Assembly: GCF_018350175.1 (NCBI RefSeq)
Contig: NC_058373.1
Span: 101,620,001-101,684,000 of the forward strand
Reading direction: 5' to 3'
Source: Felis catus
Taxonomy: Eukaryota
DNA length: 64,000 nt
Part shown: positions 12,309 through 25,436 of the stretch, one piece after another
Numbering within the stretch: position 1 is the first letter of the stretch
Layout: every line of letters starts with the position of its first letter
Position numbers and translations under genes: made by a program
Notes under the pieces: generated by a model
What the model was told of the DNA's origin: nothing
What the model saw: only the letters and a program-made list of their open reading frames with translations
Database searches by the model: none

Positions 12309-13737
12309 AAAAAGAAGGATATCCGTATAGAGGTACCCAGTGTAGCAGCGGGAAAGGGGATAAGGAAAAGCCGTATGTCTGGGGGTTGATGCTCTTCAAC
12401 CAGAGCTGAACCGCTCGGAAAATGGGAAAGCACAATTTGTGAAGTGCTCTTGTTGCTCCCTGCATGGTCGACTCTTCGTGCCCAGTATTCTTAGGCAAGG
12501 CTATTGGGGAAGGGGAGATGTACCGGGCATCTGGGCACGGCATGTGAGTTCAGACCTGGTCTCCCTCTAAAACTTCCAGGCCACCTTAAGTACCAAGAAT
12601 AGGGAAATGTCCCTGAGAGCCACAAGAGGCACAGGGGAGGGGGTAGAAAAACAGATTCCATTCTGCAACTCTGCTTTGCACTAACACAGCCATTAAAAAA
12701 TGAAATCTGTTCACTAGACAAAATATAGTCAAACATTCCTGCGTCCTCCATCCTTTAAACAGATTTAAATATTGGCCTGTCTTCTCCGTGTTTGTTTTGG
12801 TTCCCTCAGCCCACATTGAAGTCCACGGGCTCTTTCACTCACTCATCATCTCGCCTCCCGCTGCTTCGGCAGAGAATGAAGTAATAATTCAGCAAGCTGT
12901 TCGGGGCTTCCCATCAGCCGGACGGCACAGCGCCGTGTGTTCACAGCTCAGGCATTCGTGGCCTTGAACTCCACAGCCCAGCAAGCCACGGGAGGGACCT
13001 TGCTCACACTGACTCTCCCGCCTCAGTGAAGGCAATTTGGGAAGCCAAGAGAGAAAAAGCACTAAAAAAGCACATTAATTTCTCCTCGCTGGGTCTCACA
13101 TACACTTTCTTATGAGGCTGGATTGTTTGCAGCCCACACTTCAAGTGCACAGTGGTGAGGGGTTCAGAAATAGCTTCGAAGAGAAAGTACAAATATATCT
13201 CAGTAAAGTTGGGGAGGGGGAAGAAAAGACGGCTATCCAATAGAGGCTGGTTAATAGATTGCTTAAAAATAAATCACTGATTCTCCTTTCCAGAGAGCAA
13301 CCTGCTGTGGTCTTTGGAAGTCTCCTTTTGTGTCCTTGTTTTGGCTTCTGCCTGAGCTGAAAGAGCCTGCCAGAGTCCCACTGTTTGGGTCATTACCCAG
13401 CTCATCCTTCTCCCTCGGAGCCTGGTATTAATGCACGCTATAGGATGTGCTGGTACCCAGAACTCTCCAGAGTCAGAAGGTTTCCAAGTGCTTCACAGTA
13501 ACAATTTAGTCATGAATGAATTTTCAAATGTTAGAAAAACATAAGTGTTTGGAAGAAAAGGCGATCCTTCCCCCCATCTTAAAACAGAAAGAAGCGGCCT
13601 CTGAACTCTTGAAGGTACTACCCAAATCCATGAAATACTATCTTAATTATTGAACATGAGCTCTGTAGGACCCTCAGGCCTAGTGATTTTCTGGAGAAGA
13701 CTTGATGTCAAAGAAAAAGCTTTCCCCCAATGTAATG

Positions 13738-13786
13738 TTTTGTTTTGTTTTGTTTTGTTTTGTTTTGTTTTGTTTTGTTTTGTTTT
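13738..13786. repeat. (TTTTG)n pentanucleotide repeat
   Basis: Direct reading. Confidence 0.95.
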
Positions 13787-15824
13787 AAATGGACTTTCTG
13801 TGTTAATTGCTGACTTAGTTTTGGCGCTGGAAAATCAGACGAGGCACTCCACTCTTTTCACGGGACTAAGTGTTGAACTTTCACATAATGAGCACAAAAT
13901 AAGGGGACAGAGTCTGCCTGGAAATCATTCGAAGCTGTTTCTGAACCATCACGACAGAACTGTGAGGGACGAAAGGAATAATATGGTTAACAATCCTAAA
14001 AATGTTAGGATGGGCAAAGTGAGAATGAGCAGGAGAGCCACGAGGAAAACTACATCAGATATTATATTTTGGCTGCTGATTCCTAGCAATAACACTAAAT
14101 AATAATAATAGTATTCTATTATAATATGACCAATGCACCTTTTAAACAGAAAATATTTTTACATGTAATATAGAGAGAGAAACAGGGAGGAAGCATCATG
14201 GAAAACTACACACTGTGGGTAAATGGCATAAACTTGGGAGCAAGATCCAAGAGACTCCCCAGATGCAAAGACCCTGAAAGTCATGCCTGAAACAACCATT
14301 GTTGTCATCTTAATTCACTTAGCATGCAGTCAACATGTACGGATAATTCAGCTCCAGCCACCACAGTAGGGACTGACGGAAGTTTCAGGATGCCTTAAAT
14401 CGAAAGCTTCAAAGGGCAGAAACTCTGACTCCCTGGCCTACTCACTCGCTCATACAACAGCACAGAACTACAACAGGTATGGTTTTCACGCCATGTCTTT
14501 ATTTTTTTATCACTCTCTGCTTCTTGATTTGTTTCCTTGTGGTAGTATGTACATATGTATTTCACAGATAACGAGAACGAACATTTATTGTTTGCCAGGT
14601 GCCAGACACCATCCTAAATGCTGCACACACCCTCAAATTAGGCCCCATGAAGGAGGTGGCATGGTTGCCCCTCTCTTTGCCAGAGGGAAAGGCACAGAGA
14701 GACTCACATTCTCTATCTCGATCCCCCATTCCAGGTGCTGGCAGAAATTACACTTCTGGCCATTTCAAGTTTAAAATCAGTTCTGGAGTTCCTCCTCCCC
14801 CTCCTTTCACCCTGAGTGGTCTCCAAGCTCCTGGGGCCCGTGCAGCATCATGACACCTGGAGAAGGCCTCTCGCCACTCATTGCCATCATCTGTCCTGCA
14901 CCGGCTTCTGCTGAGATGCTCGGCCCTGTTCTGCCCTTGGCTCTGATGGATGACCCTCCAGGCCCGCATTTGCTGACGGGGCTGAATTCCCATCTGGTCT
15001 CCAGCCACACAATACGTATATTCTCACCACGGCTGGTCTCCCTACCAAGAGACCCCTTCAGGCCCACCTGCTCTTGGCTAGCTTCCAAGTCCTTTTCAAT
15101 GTGAAACTGTGCCTGCTCTCCCATAGCTCATTCCGCCAGGAAACATGGCGGGCCATTGAGGCCCTGTCTGTGTTGACACATTCCGCTGCCTTATCTACAC
15201 TTCTTCGGGGACATCTCACCAGTGCAGTAGGGAAGCTCCGGAGTCCGCCTTGCTTTCCCAGAGCCCACTCTGAACATAATCACAGTCCCTCTGTCCTCCT
15301 ATCCCCTTACACAGCTGAGTGTCCTGCTATGCTGCCCCTCCCCCAACACATGCTCTCCAAGGAGGGGGTGGGGGACAGCAGAGTTCCTTTCCCCAGGAAC
15401 ACAGCAGCATCCAATACCTTCATTTCTGCCTCTATCTCCCCCTCCAGGCCATAGTTTTTCACATCTGTGGCTTGTGGAGAAAAAACTAGCTCTTTAAGTA
15501 CTCTTCACAAATCTTACTTATACCCATAAAATGGTTTTTTAATTTACAGTGAAGGTCAGACACTTGTGTTCTCTACTTTCACACCAACAACCTTTCTCTA
15601 AAGTGATGGTGAATAATGTCGCATGCCCCTGGCTCTGGGCAGGTCCTCCATATAAAAATGAGGAAGTTCAATGAAGCATAGGGGAGGAAGGTGCACACAA
15701 GTTATGACCCCAAGATACCATGCCCCCATAGAACCACTGGGAGAAAAGCTTACCAAGTGATAGAGACTTTGGAAGGCATCCATGCCCTCTAAAACAAAGA
15801 TCAAAACATCTCATTGAACTAGAA

Positions 15825-16475
15825 AGGCTACAGATTATATGATTTTATTTATACGACATCCTTGCAAAAGCAAAACTAGAAAGACAAAGAAATGATCATA
15901 ACCATACAATGGAATATTATTTGGCCACAAAAAGGGAGGAAGTATTGATATGTGCTACGAACAGCATGAACAGCCAAAATATTATGCTAATTGAAAGAAG
16001 CCAGACACAAAAGGTCATATGTTGTATGATTCCATTTATATTAAGTATCCAGAATAGATGAATCCATAGAAACATAATGTAGAGTGGTGGGTGCCAGGGG
16101 CTGGGGGTGGAAGAGAATGGGAGAGAAAACTGTAAGGAGTCTTGCTTTGGAGTAATGGAAATGTTTTGGAACTAGACAGAGGTAGTGGCTGCACTATGTT
16201 ATGAATAGTAAAGTGCCAGTAAATTAAAATAGTTAATACCACTTTATGTGTATCCCACCTCAATAAATGGTTTAAAAACAAACAAACAATAAAAGATCAG
16301 TGGTCAAGGGGGAGGCCTGACTACAAAGGGGCACAGGGATATTTCAGGAGGCAACCAAACTGTTCTTGCACCTTGAGCATGTGGTGGTCACACAGCTGTC
16401 TACATTTGTCAAGGTGTGCAGAGCTGTGTACTGAAAGGGTGTGCATCACTGTATGTAAATTACCTTAATTTTAAA
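15825..16475 (+). mobile_element. Old L1M 3' ends (L1MB-like nested in L1ME/MC-like)
   Basis: catacaatggaatattatttggcc, gaaagaagccagacacaaaagg and aatgttttggaactaga motifs. Confidence 0.75.
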
Positions 16476-16803
16476 ATGGGGAAAGAGAGTTCTCCAACAT
16501 CTAGAAAATAAATAAATGTGTTGACTAAAATCTGTCACAGATAATTTTGCTAGAGAATGCTCCATAGAAAGGACCATAGGAAATACTTTCTACAATTCCA
16601 TGCTCATGAAACAAAAAATACACTTGGTACTAGAGGATGGAATTTATCCTGGCAACTTCTCATCATCACGTCAGTCACTATGGGAGAATTTGGTGGATAC
16701 GAACCTGTTAGAAAACTTAACTAAGATTTTTTGATGAATATATAAATGTATCAGTAGTACATAATTTAGTGAAGGAAACTGCACATTTAAAAGCTCTTAC
16801 CAA

Positions 16804-17010
16804 GGGGCACCTGGGTGGATCAGTCGGTTTAGCGTCCGACTCTTGATCTCAGCTCAGATCATGATCTCACAGTTCATGAATTCAAGCCCTGGATTGGGCT
16901 CTGTGCTGACAGTGCAGAGCCTGCTTGGGATTCTCTCTCCCCTCTCTCTCTGCCCCTACCCTGACTCTATCTCTCTTGAAATACATAAACTTCAGAAAAA
17001 AAAAAAATTT
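16804..17010 (+). mobile_element. CAN-SINE
   Basis: ggggcacctgggtgg head, CT tract, A tail. Confidence 0.9.
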
Positions 17011-17105
17011 TTAAAACCTCACTGAAGCATGAAGTCAAGGAGGTTATTTGTGAAATAATGTAGCACAGAACTCCAAGGTCAATTGTAACACAACGGGTTA
17101 AACTA

Positions 17106-17331
17106 TTTTTTTTTAATGTTTATTTATTTTTGAGACAGAGAAAGACAGAGCATGAACGGGGGAGGGTCAGAGAGAGAGGGAGAAACAGAATCTGAAGCAG
17201 GCTGCAGGCTCCAGGCTCCAGGCTCCAAGCTGTCAGCACAGAGCCTGATGCGGCGCTCGAACTCACGGACCGTGAGATCATGACCTGAGCCGAAATCGGA
17301 CGCTTAACCGACTGAGCCACCCAGGCGCCCC
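17106..17331 (-). mobile_element. CAN-SINE
   Basis: TSD taaactatt; internal expansion of the caggctc 7-mer. Confidence 0.9.
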
Positions 17332-17382
17332 TAAACTATTCTTGACATAGTAATTTCAAGCACATTTTATTTGCTTCTAACA

Positions 17383-17927
17383 TGTTCTGGCTATCCATCC
17401 CTGTATTAACAAACCACTCCAAAACTTAATTGGCTTCAAATGTAATTTTATCATTATCACATAGTTTTGTGGGTTGAATGGACTCAGCTGGGCAGATCCC
17501 ACTTGCAGAGGGGCATCAGGTAGCTAACAGTGCAAAGTTGGCTATGGCTTCAATATGAAGGCTCAGTTGGGCTAGATGACCAATATGCCCCACTTCCATG
17601 CTGGCAGTGGATGCCAGCTATTGGCTTGAGGCTTCAAAGGAGTCTATATCTGGCCTACATGTGTCCTCTTCATGCCTCTCCACACAGCAGAGCAGCCGGG
17701 TTACCAGAGAGACTGAAAAATAGCAAGCATTCTAAAAAACTCAGATGGAAGCAGTAAGACCTCTTCTGACCCAGCCTTGGAAGTCATACAGGGTCTCTTC
17801 CACCTTACTCTATTGGTCAAAAAGCAAGTCACAGAGCCAGCCCAGATACAAGGGGAGGGAACTACACATGGGCATGAACACTGGGAGGCATGTTCACGGG
17901 TGGCCATCTTTGGCACTGGCTTCCCAA
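17383..17927 (-). mobile_element. Old MLT1 (J/K-like) MaLR LTR
   Basis: aacaaaccactccaaaactta ... cacagagccagcccagatacaaggggaggg. Confidence 0.65.
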
Positions 17928-18009
17928 AGAGGCACCAATATCATAGTATCAGTTATGAAGATTTTGGAATGATATTAGGTTTTCAACTATAAAATAACAT
18001 TTTTGGTGT

Positions 18010-18239
18010 TTCTTTATTATTATTATTATTTCTTAAAGTCTATTTATTTATTTTGAGAGAGAGAGAGAGCGCACGTGTGTGCACAAGCAGAGGAAGGGCA
18101 GAGAGTAGGAGAGACAGACTCCCAAGCAGGCTCTGCACCATCAGCACAGAGCAGGGCTCAAAACTCACAAACCGTGAGATCATGACCTTAGCCGAGATCA
18201 AGAGTTGGACGCTTAACCGACTGAGCCACCAGGCACCCC
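18010..18239 (-). mobile_element. CAN-SINE
   Basis: Reverse-complement SINE; TSD taacatttt. Confidence 0.9.
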
Positions 18240-18299
18240 TAACATTTTGGCATTTCTTGATAAAAAGTAAAGTGAGTGTCAGTTTCAGAAAGTGCACAT

Positions 18300-19420
18300 C
18301 TAGTTTATTCATTCAACAGATATTTATTAAGTGCCTACTATGTGCTAACCACAGTGCTAGGCCTTACGGATATGTGGATAAACTTGTCATGGGAACTGTC
18401 CCCTTGCAACTTATAGTCTAGAGACTGCATTATGGAAACAAAGAACAGAAACAAAAGAAGTTCCACAGAAACTGTTGGAGGACAAAGGAAAATGACTTGG
18501 TTCTCCATAAAGTGGAGTGAAGGAATGTCAAGAAATGCTTCAGAGAGAAGGGACTCAGGAGGAGGGACTTGACAAATTAGGATAAACTCCAAATTCCTTA
18601 GCATTTATGTGGGAGAAGGGTGGGTGGGGTGGGAGGAGTGTGAGAAGGAAGGAAGGCATTCCAAACAGAGCAAGCCAGCAAAAACAAAGGTGAGGAGGCA
18701 CGCCACATGCTTAGGGCACTGGAAGCAGTTCCATGTGGCTACGATGCAGAATTCAGGGGGAGTTCTAGACACAGGCATCAATCTTGCACAGTCTTGCACA
18801 GATGTGTTTCATTTAGTCCACAGATCATGTGTTTTCCTTTTTCACTTTCATAATGAACTACCGCATAATGTTTTTTAATTTTTAAAATTAGTTTCCAACA
18901 TTTAACAAATAGAAAGTGTAACATAAAAATCCAGCTTCTTATGGAAAAAAAAAATCTTTAATTTGGCTGTACTGGGCCCAAATTCCCACCAAGCAACAAC
19001 AGGCTGGAGCCACAGAATGTCCCGTTTAGATGGGGTCATAAACTCTCCAATTCACAACACCCCCATCTGGTCCCCACCGTTCCCTCCACTGTAGGCGTTT
19101 GAATCTGAGCCCCCCAACCAGAAAGCTAACATGCATAGTTTATGTGGGGGGTGGGGGAGCAATTAACAAACAATATTTTATGTGATGCTCAAGGTTTGAA
19201 CTTCATCCTCATTTACTAATGGAGAACTAGTAAATGGTATTCAATAGGGAAGTGACATGATCAGATTTGCCTCTTAAAATGATCCTTCTGACATCATCAA
19301 AAGATTTATGTGGAAAATGCCCTGAAGAAATATAGGAGCAGAAGGAAGCAGGCAGGTGGGAAACCCTTCCAATAGTCCAGGTGAGAACTGATAAGGTCTG
19401 ATCTGTGGCAGTGGGGATCT
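18300..19420 (-). mobile_element. L2 fragments with inserted MER102-like hAT-Charlie element (~18771-19112)
   Basis: L2 tail ttcattcaacagatatttattaagtgcctac; MER102-like cataaaaatccagcttct...ctgggcccaaattccc...caacaggctggagc. Confidence 0.65.
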
Positions 19421-21049
19421 GTAGGGTCTGGTCTGTGGGGAAGGAATAGAGAGAAGGAGGCCCAAACAAAAGATGATATTTATTGTGCAATTAAGAGGTT
19501 GGGTTTATAATTATCTATTCACTCATTATTCTCACAACAAATATTTACTGAGTGGCTATTATGAGCCAGGTGCGGATCAAGAAAGCATTGACAGTCATTA
19601 ACAAAAAAGACAAAAATTCCTGACTCGTAGAACACATATCCCAGTCCTCTCCATACATGCCAGGATAGTCCTTGCTCACATCCCTGAAAAGCGTTTGGTT
19701 TCTTCCACCAATTTCCACTACTATACAGAAATGCCAAGCAACAGCCTCTCTTTCTACTACTAAAGGGCTGAAGCACAAAGAACAACTGTTAATCAGGTAC
19801 AGTTGAGGACAGGTGGGTTAATACTCATTCAAATAAAACCGGAAGGACATTTCAAAAAAGAATTGCCATTACTTAGTTTGGAATTCGGCCAGGCCTCCAG
19901 ATTTAACAGTCTCTGAAAGAATTAGTGTTTTCTAATAACCCATCTGACACATTATGTTCTGAATGTGATTTTCTGATTCAGGCACGAGGCATGAAACTAC
20001 TTCTGGATAAGCAGCAGACGCTGTAAAGCTCATGCAGGCTCCCCCAGGTGTTAGCTGCGGAAGCTGAAAGGGGCGAGGGATGTGGCCATATCCTTTCTGG
20101 TCAAGTTTCAGGATAAATAGATTTAAAGGACAGAACTTAACCAGGATTTGGCCACCTTGGGAAGGAACGTGGTGTTTGAACAACATCCTTCCCAGACTGA
20201 AAGCCGCTCAGACATGGATCATCATTCCAGGCATTTGGCATGCTGCTTTATACTAGCAGCCAAGTGCATAATTGCCAGGAACTGGCCAAATCCACGGAGA
20301 CACCAGTCACTTCTGAATGCTGAAAAATGTTTGTAATATACCGTAATAAATGTAAGCCTGACTCATTTAATCAGATCTCAGTCCTACACTGGGGATTTCT
20401 GCACAGGAGAGAGATGTTTACTGAAACTACTTTTCTCCACTGCCCTCTCCCATTCCAGGAAGAACAGAACTATTATCTGGTTGGCCTTGCCAATCTCTGT
20501 TTTATATTTTAGGTCATTAATATGGATGCTTATAACATACATGTTTCCAACTCATTCCGAATTCACTTCAGCATAAAGGGATGAAAAGAATGCTTTCTCC
20601 TTATTTTAGATTGTATTGAAAATGAACCTAAGTGTGACTGAAAGGCAGAGATTTGAGAGTCTCAGACTCTTCTCCATTCCTGACAAATTTCACAAAGTAG
20701 TTTCTCCAAAACCAATGACGTGAGATGGGGGAAAAGGTTCTAGTTGCACTGGCCTGTGAGAAGCCATCTCATTCAAGGCCTTTCTGGATTCGAAGCAATT
20801 TTGGGATGGGTGAATAGCTTAGCTGGCTAACCTTTCCCCTAATGTGAAGATGGAATATCAAGTTGGCTGTACCAGGTTCTCTTCCCCAGCTTCTTTTTAT
20901 GTAAAGCCTTGATTCCTCAAGTTCAGAAATCTGATTTTTCCAAACATTGACCCAACCCCATAACTGATTTATACAAAAAAAAACAAATTCTCTGGGAAAT
21001 TCTCTGAGCCCAGAGGTACACTTTTCAAGTAGCAATTTCATTTCATATG

Positions 21050-21180
21050 CTACACATGAGGAGATGGTAAATCAGGTTAGGTGACTGGGTAATCAGTTTG
21101 CCAAGGTCACACAGCTAATGACAGAACTAAGACTTGCACCCAGGTCTTTGGACTTCAGCAGCCTTGCCCTTTCTTCTACA
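21050..21180 (-). mobile_element. MIR
   Basis: ttgccaaggtcacacagcta...acccaggtctttggact. Confidence 0.65.
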
Positions 21181-21795
21181 GCACCTTGCCTTCCTGGTGG
21201 GAACCTAGCATGCAAGTGTGATAAGAGGTTACAAAACTTCCCGAGAGCAGAGTGCACTGACTGAGGGATCAGGGTTGGCACAGAGTAGGACAGGCTGTGT
21301 GGGAAAACCTGGCAGTGGACCGCAGAACCATATGACTGAGGGTCAGGAGCCAGAGTCCAGTTCCAGGGCATGCCACAGGATGGGGTAAATGGCGAGAGAT
21401 CATTAGGGCCCCATTCAGAACTAAAGTACGAAAAAAGGAGGAACTCTTGGGAACACAGCAGAAGCCAGATTAGGAAATCTGGGCACAAGGGCGTGCTAGG
21501 TGGGCCCACTACTCCAAGTATTAACCTCCAACTGAGTTTCAAGCACTCCACTCCAGCTCCGTGAAAGAAGCCGTCTGGGATCAGAACAGAGAGGAGCCTG
21601 TAGGGGGAGCCAAGCGGCTGCCAGCTGGAGGCCCAACAGGAAGAACAGGGGCAAGACAGGAGGCAGGTCAGTGCACCGTCAACACCAGCCTTCAGAGTTC
21701 AAAATCCTCTTCTACATATTCTATTTCATGACTGCTCTAAAAGGTACTGTTGATTCTGCTTTACCTCTGAAAGACTTCCCTAAAGATGTTCAGAG

Positions 21796-21921
21796 AGGGT
21801 GACTAACTTACACCCAAACGCAGAAACTTTTGAAAGTAAAAGAGAGAGCTGTTAATAACTATGCCAGTGCAATAGTCATAAACCAGGACTAACCCAGGCC
21901 GACCCAGACGTGCAGTCACCC
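21796..21921 (+). mobile_element. MER94-like hAT MITE
   Basis: TIRs AGGGTGAC ... GTCACCC, ~125 bp. Confidence 0.65.
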
Positions 21922-22949
21922 CAGCTTGAGACCAAGCACTCAGGACTCAGACATGCCTGGGCACAGCCGGCAGAGGGTGACATAATCTTGCCAGGACTGT
22001 TTACAGGAGAGGCCAGAGAACTCCTGGAAGTAACTCATCCGAACGGAAGAGAAGATCAAAGCACACAAGTTAGGCTCCATGACATCAAGACAGGGCCAGA
22101 GGGGAGGGATGATTCCCAGTTGTGCCCAGTGTTGGCCACACCCAACGTCCTGTGACCAGAGCTTTAAAAAGCCAGTGAAGTTAAAAAGAGCTGTTTCATT
22201 AAAATTTCCATAGGGCATGAAGGTGCATGGGTTAGCGAAATCCCGTGCCAGGAATTTCATCAGTGACAGAGAAGAAGTACAATTGGCACTACAAATGGGT
22301 GGGACGGCAGTGGATAGTCACAGCACCTTTGGTGGATGTCAGCATGGCTGCTGCTCCGGGCTTGGGCAGTGACCAGACACATTACCCCAGCGAGCAAGAG
22401 CTGGACAGCCAAAGGCTGTGCCTTGCTCTTGTATCCCAGACCATATGGAAGGCCATCCATGAGGACTCACTGAACTACCATGAGGAATACAGAGAGGCTG
22501 CAGTTTCACATAGTGGATAAAGGAAGAACCAGAGGAATATTATTTCATAAAAGATGATTCCTGGGACTTTCATTTTAGCCCCAAGCTGGCGATGCCTTGG
22601 GAACTTAATTATTGTTTCTTCCATCATAGTGTGAGGTGCTCATCGATGTTATCTCAATTTGAGAACCTTCTTAATTTGGAGCCACTCAGTTCATATCAGT
22701 AGCTCCACGACCTAAAGCAGGCATAAACCCTCAAAATATATATGTTGCAATGATACATACATTTCTAAAATAATACAGAAAAGTACATGTACATAGTAAT
22801 TAACATATAATACAGAAAAAAATTTCTTAAAAGTCCTAAAAATTATGAACTTTTGCTACCTCTTAAAGAACGGCATCTACTGATTCTGTTATCCAACTGA
22901 TTAGTCTTAGCCTTTCAACAATTTGAAATTAGATGCTGCTTTAAAATAA

Positions 22950-23255
22950 AATTACTCACTCACACAGTGGCTAAAATGAAAAAGACAGACAATACCAAAT
23001 GCTGGCAAAGATATTGAGCTAGAATTCTGACACAGCATCAACGGGAGTGGGAATAGGTATAACCTCTTTGGAAAACTGTTTGGCAATAGACTAGGAATGA
23101 ACAAGTGCACTTCCACTCCTAGTATATGCCCAACAACAATGTATACATATGTTTACCAAAAGACATGGACAAGAATGTTTATAGCAGCATTTTTTTAAAG
23201 TCCAGCCCTGGAAACTACCCAATGTCTATCAACAGTGGATTGGATAAATAAATTG
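22950..23255 (+). mobile_element. Old L1M fragment
   Basis: aaaaagacagacaataccaaatgctgg...aagaatgtttatagcagcatt. Confidence 0.7.
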
Positions 23256-23261
23256 TCTTTA

Positions 23262-23680
23262 CCATCCAGATGGCCAAACGACACATGAAAAAAATGCTCA
23301 ATATCGCTCATCATCAGGGAAATACAAATCAAAAGCACAATGAGATACCACCTCACACCTGTCAGAATGGCTCACATTAACAACTCAGGCAACAACAGAT
23401 GTTGGCGAGGATGTGGAGAAAGAGGATCTCTTTTGCACTGCTGGTGGGAATGCAAACTGGTGCAGCCACTCTGGAAAACAGTATGGAGGTTCCTCAAAAA
23501 ACTAAAACTAGAACTACCCTACGACCCAGCAACTGCACTACTAGGCATTTATCCAAGGGACACGGGTGTGCTGTTTCGAAGGGACACATGGACCCCCATG
23601 TTTATAGCAGCACTATCTGCAATAGCCAAAGTATGGAAAGAGCCCAAATGTCCATCGATGGATGAATGGATAGAGAAGAT

Positions 23681-23718
<38 letters not shown>

Positions 23719-24065
23719 ATGGAGTATTACTCGGCAATCAAAAAGAATGAAATATTGCCATTTGCAACTATGTGGCTGGAACTAGAGGGTATTATGCTAA
23801 GCAAAATTAGTGTCAGAGCAAGACAAATATCATATGACTTCACTTATACAAGGACTTTAAGACACATAACAGATGAACACAAGGGAAGGGAAGCAAAAAC
23901 AATATAAAAACAGGGAGGGGGACAAAACATCTCTTAAATATGGGAACAAACAGAGGGTTACTGGAGGGTTTGTGGGAGGGGGGATGGGCTAAATGGGTAA
24001 GAGGCATTAAGGAATCTGCCCCTGAAATCATTGTTGCACTATATGCTAACTAACTTGTATATAAA
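23262..24065 (+). mobile_element. 5'-truncated felid-type L1 (ORF2 C-terminus + 3'UTR)
   Basis: ORF 23340..23750 [11 protein letters not shown]...[23 protein letters not shown] is the L1 ORF2 Cys-rich end, frameshifted by (TA)n. Confidence 0.93.
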
Positions 24066-24144
24066 TCGTCTCTCCTCCTCTCTGAATGCCCCTCCCGCAC
24101 CCGCACTCTCTCTCAAAAATAAACATTAAAAAAGAAAGAAAGAT

Positions 24145-24400
24145 GGGGTGCCTGGGTGGCGCAGTCGGTTAAGCGTCCGACTTCAGCCAGGTCACGATCT
24201 CGCGGTCCGGGAGTTCGAGCCCCGCGTCAGGCTCTGGGCTGATGGCTCGGAGCCTGGAGCCTGTTTCCGGTTCTGTGTCTCCCTCTCTCTCTGCCCCTCC
24301 CCCGTTCATGCTCTGTCTCTCTTTGTCCCAAAAATAAATAAAAACGTTGGGAAAAAAAAAAATTAAAAAAAAAAAAAAAAAAAGAAAGAAAGAAAAGAAG
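24145..24400 (+). mobile_element. Young felid SINE (SINEC_Fc-like), preceded by a SINE 3' fragment (24068-24140)
   Basis: CpG-rich gcgcagtcggttaagcgtccgacttcagccaggtcacgatctcgc; long A tail. Confidence 0.92.
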
Positions 24401-25227
24401 AGCACCAGCAACCAAAGCACACAAAACAAGAAAGGATGCTCCAGTTTGTGTTACTTGTCTTCCCTGGACCAATAACTGTGACCAAAAGAACAGGGAACAC
24501 TTATGAGTCAGTCCCATCACATGCTTAACAAGATCACATGAAATGAAAAAGGGGCAACTCTCCAAAGGGAAAAGCAATGGGGAAACAACATATGCTTACT
24601 GTCGTGTCATATGCTGTATCTGATGGTCACCACCATAAGAGAAATTCTTAAACTTGGTATGTCAAGAATAAGGAAGTATGTTCCCTCAAGTTGCATTCAA
24701 CTCTAAAGTTCCAGTGTTCTTTCCTAACACACAGGTCATATCCATTAGTATTAATATTAAAATATTTTTAAAATATGGATCTAGTTGTAGAACGTACATC
24801 CAAGTGCAACTACTGATAGCAACCATGTTTCGTTTCTCTTTGAGCATCTCTCAAAATACTCATCTGTCTGTGAACACGTGTTAACACTTTTCCCACTGCT
24901 AGTTTGGATAAATATTCCACATTGTTTTGACCACATACATTTCTGTTAACAGCCATGAAATCACATACCAACAAATTCACTGAAGACTACAGGTGTGGCA
25001 GACTGAACTTAAGCCCCCGAGAGAAACCAGGTTACTACTATGCCAGGTTAACCAGACGGCTCAGCCAAAGGCCTTGTCAGTTTATGCGGGACCCTCCATA
25101 ATAAAGGGACCACATCAAGCAGAGAATATTTCTTTAGCATAATAAGGCCAGGACTCTTATTTTGCAAGAAGTAGACTTAAAATCATGTTGTTAGAAGACA
25201 TATACATTTCTTTCATAGACTATATAC

Positions 25228-25436
25228 CAGGGGTGGGCAAACATTTTTTGTAAAGGGCCAGATAGTAAATATTTTAGGCTCTGCAGGCCATACGGCCCCT
25301 GCTGCAGCTACTCAGCTCTGTACTGCAAAAGCACCATAGACAATACTTATACAATTGAGTATGGCTCTGTTCCAATAAAACTTTACAAAAACAGGCCTGC
25401 GGGACTTGGTCCATTGGCCATCGTTTGCCAACCCTG
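25228..25436 (+). mobile_element. MER58A-like hAT-Charlie MITE
   Basis: caggggtgggcaaac...gtaaagggccagatagtaaatattttaggc...gtttgccaaccctg. Confidence 0.85.

Noticed and set aside
12064..12543. 159-aa hydrophobic minus-strand ORF and overlapping ORFs
   Set aside because: Hydrophobicity comes from an (AAAAC)n tract; no recognisable domain or splice structure
13650..14102. 150-aa ORF
   Set aside because: TTG start, spans a (TTTTG)n repeat, no homology recognised
22245..22520. 91-aa ORF that looked like a possible retrocopy fragment
   Set aside because: GTG start, no recognisable homology, no poly(A) or TSD. BLASTX of 22200-22560 would settle it.
23340..23750. 136-aa ORF with a Cys/Trp-rich motif
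   Set aside because: C-terminus of L1 ORF2 in a 5'-truncated copy, frameshifted by a microsatellite
24145..24230. tRNA-like A/B-box sequences
   Set aside because: These are tRNA-derived SINE heads followed by CT tracts, A tails and TSDs, not tRNA genes
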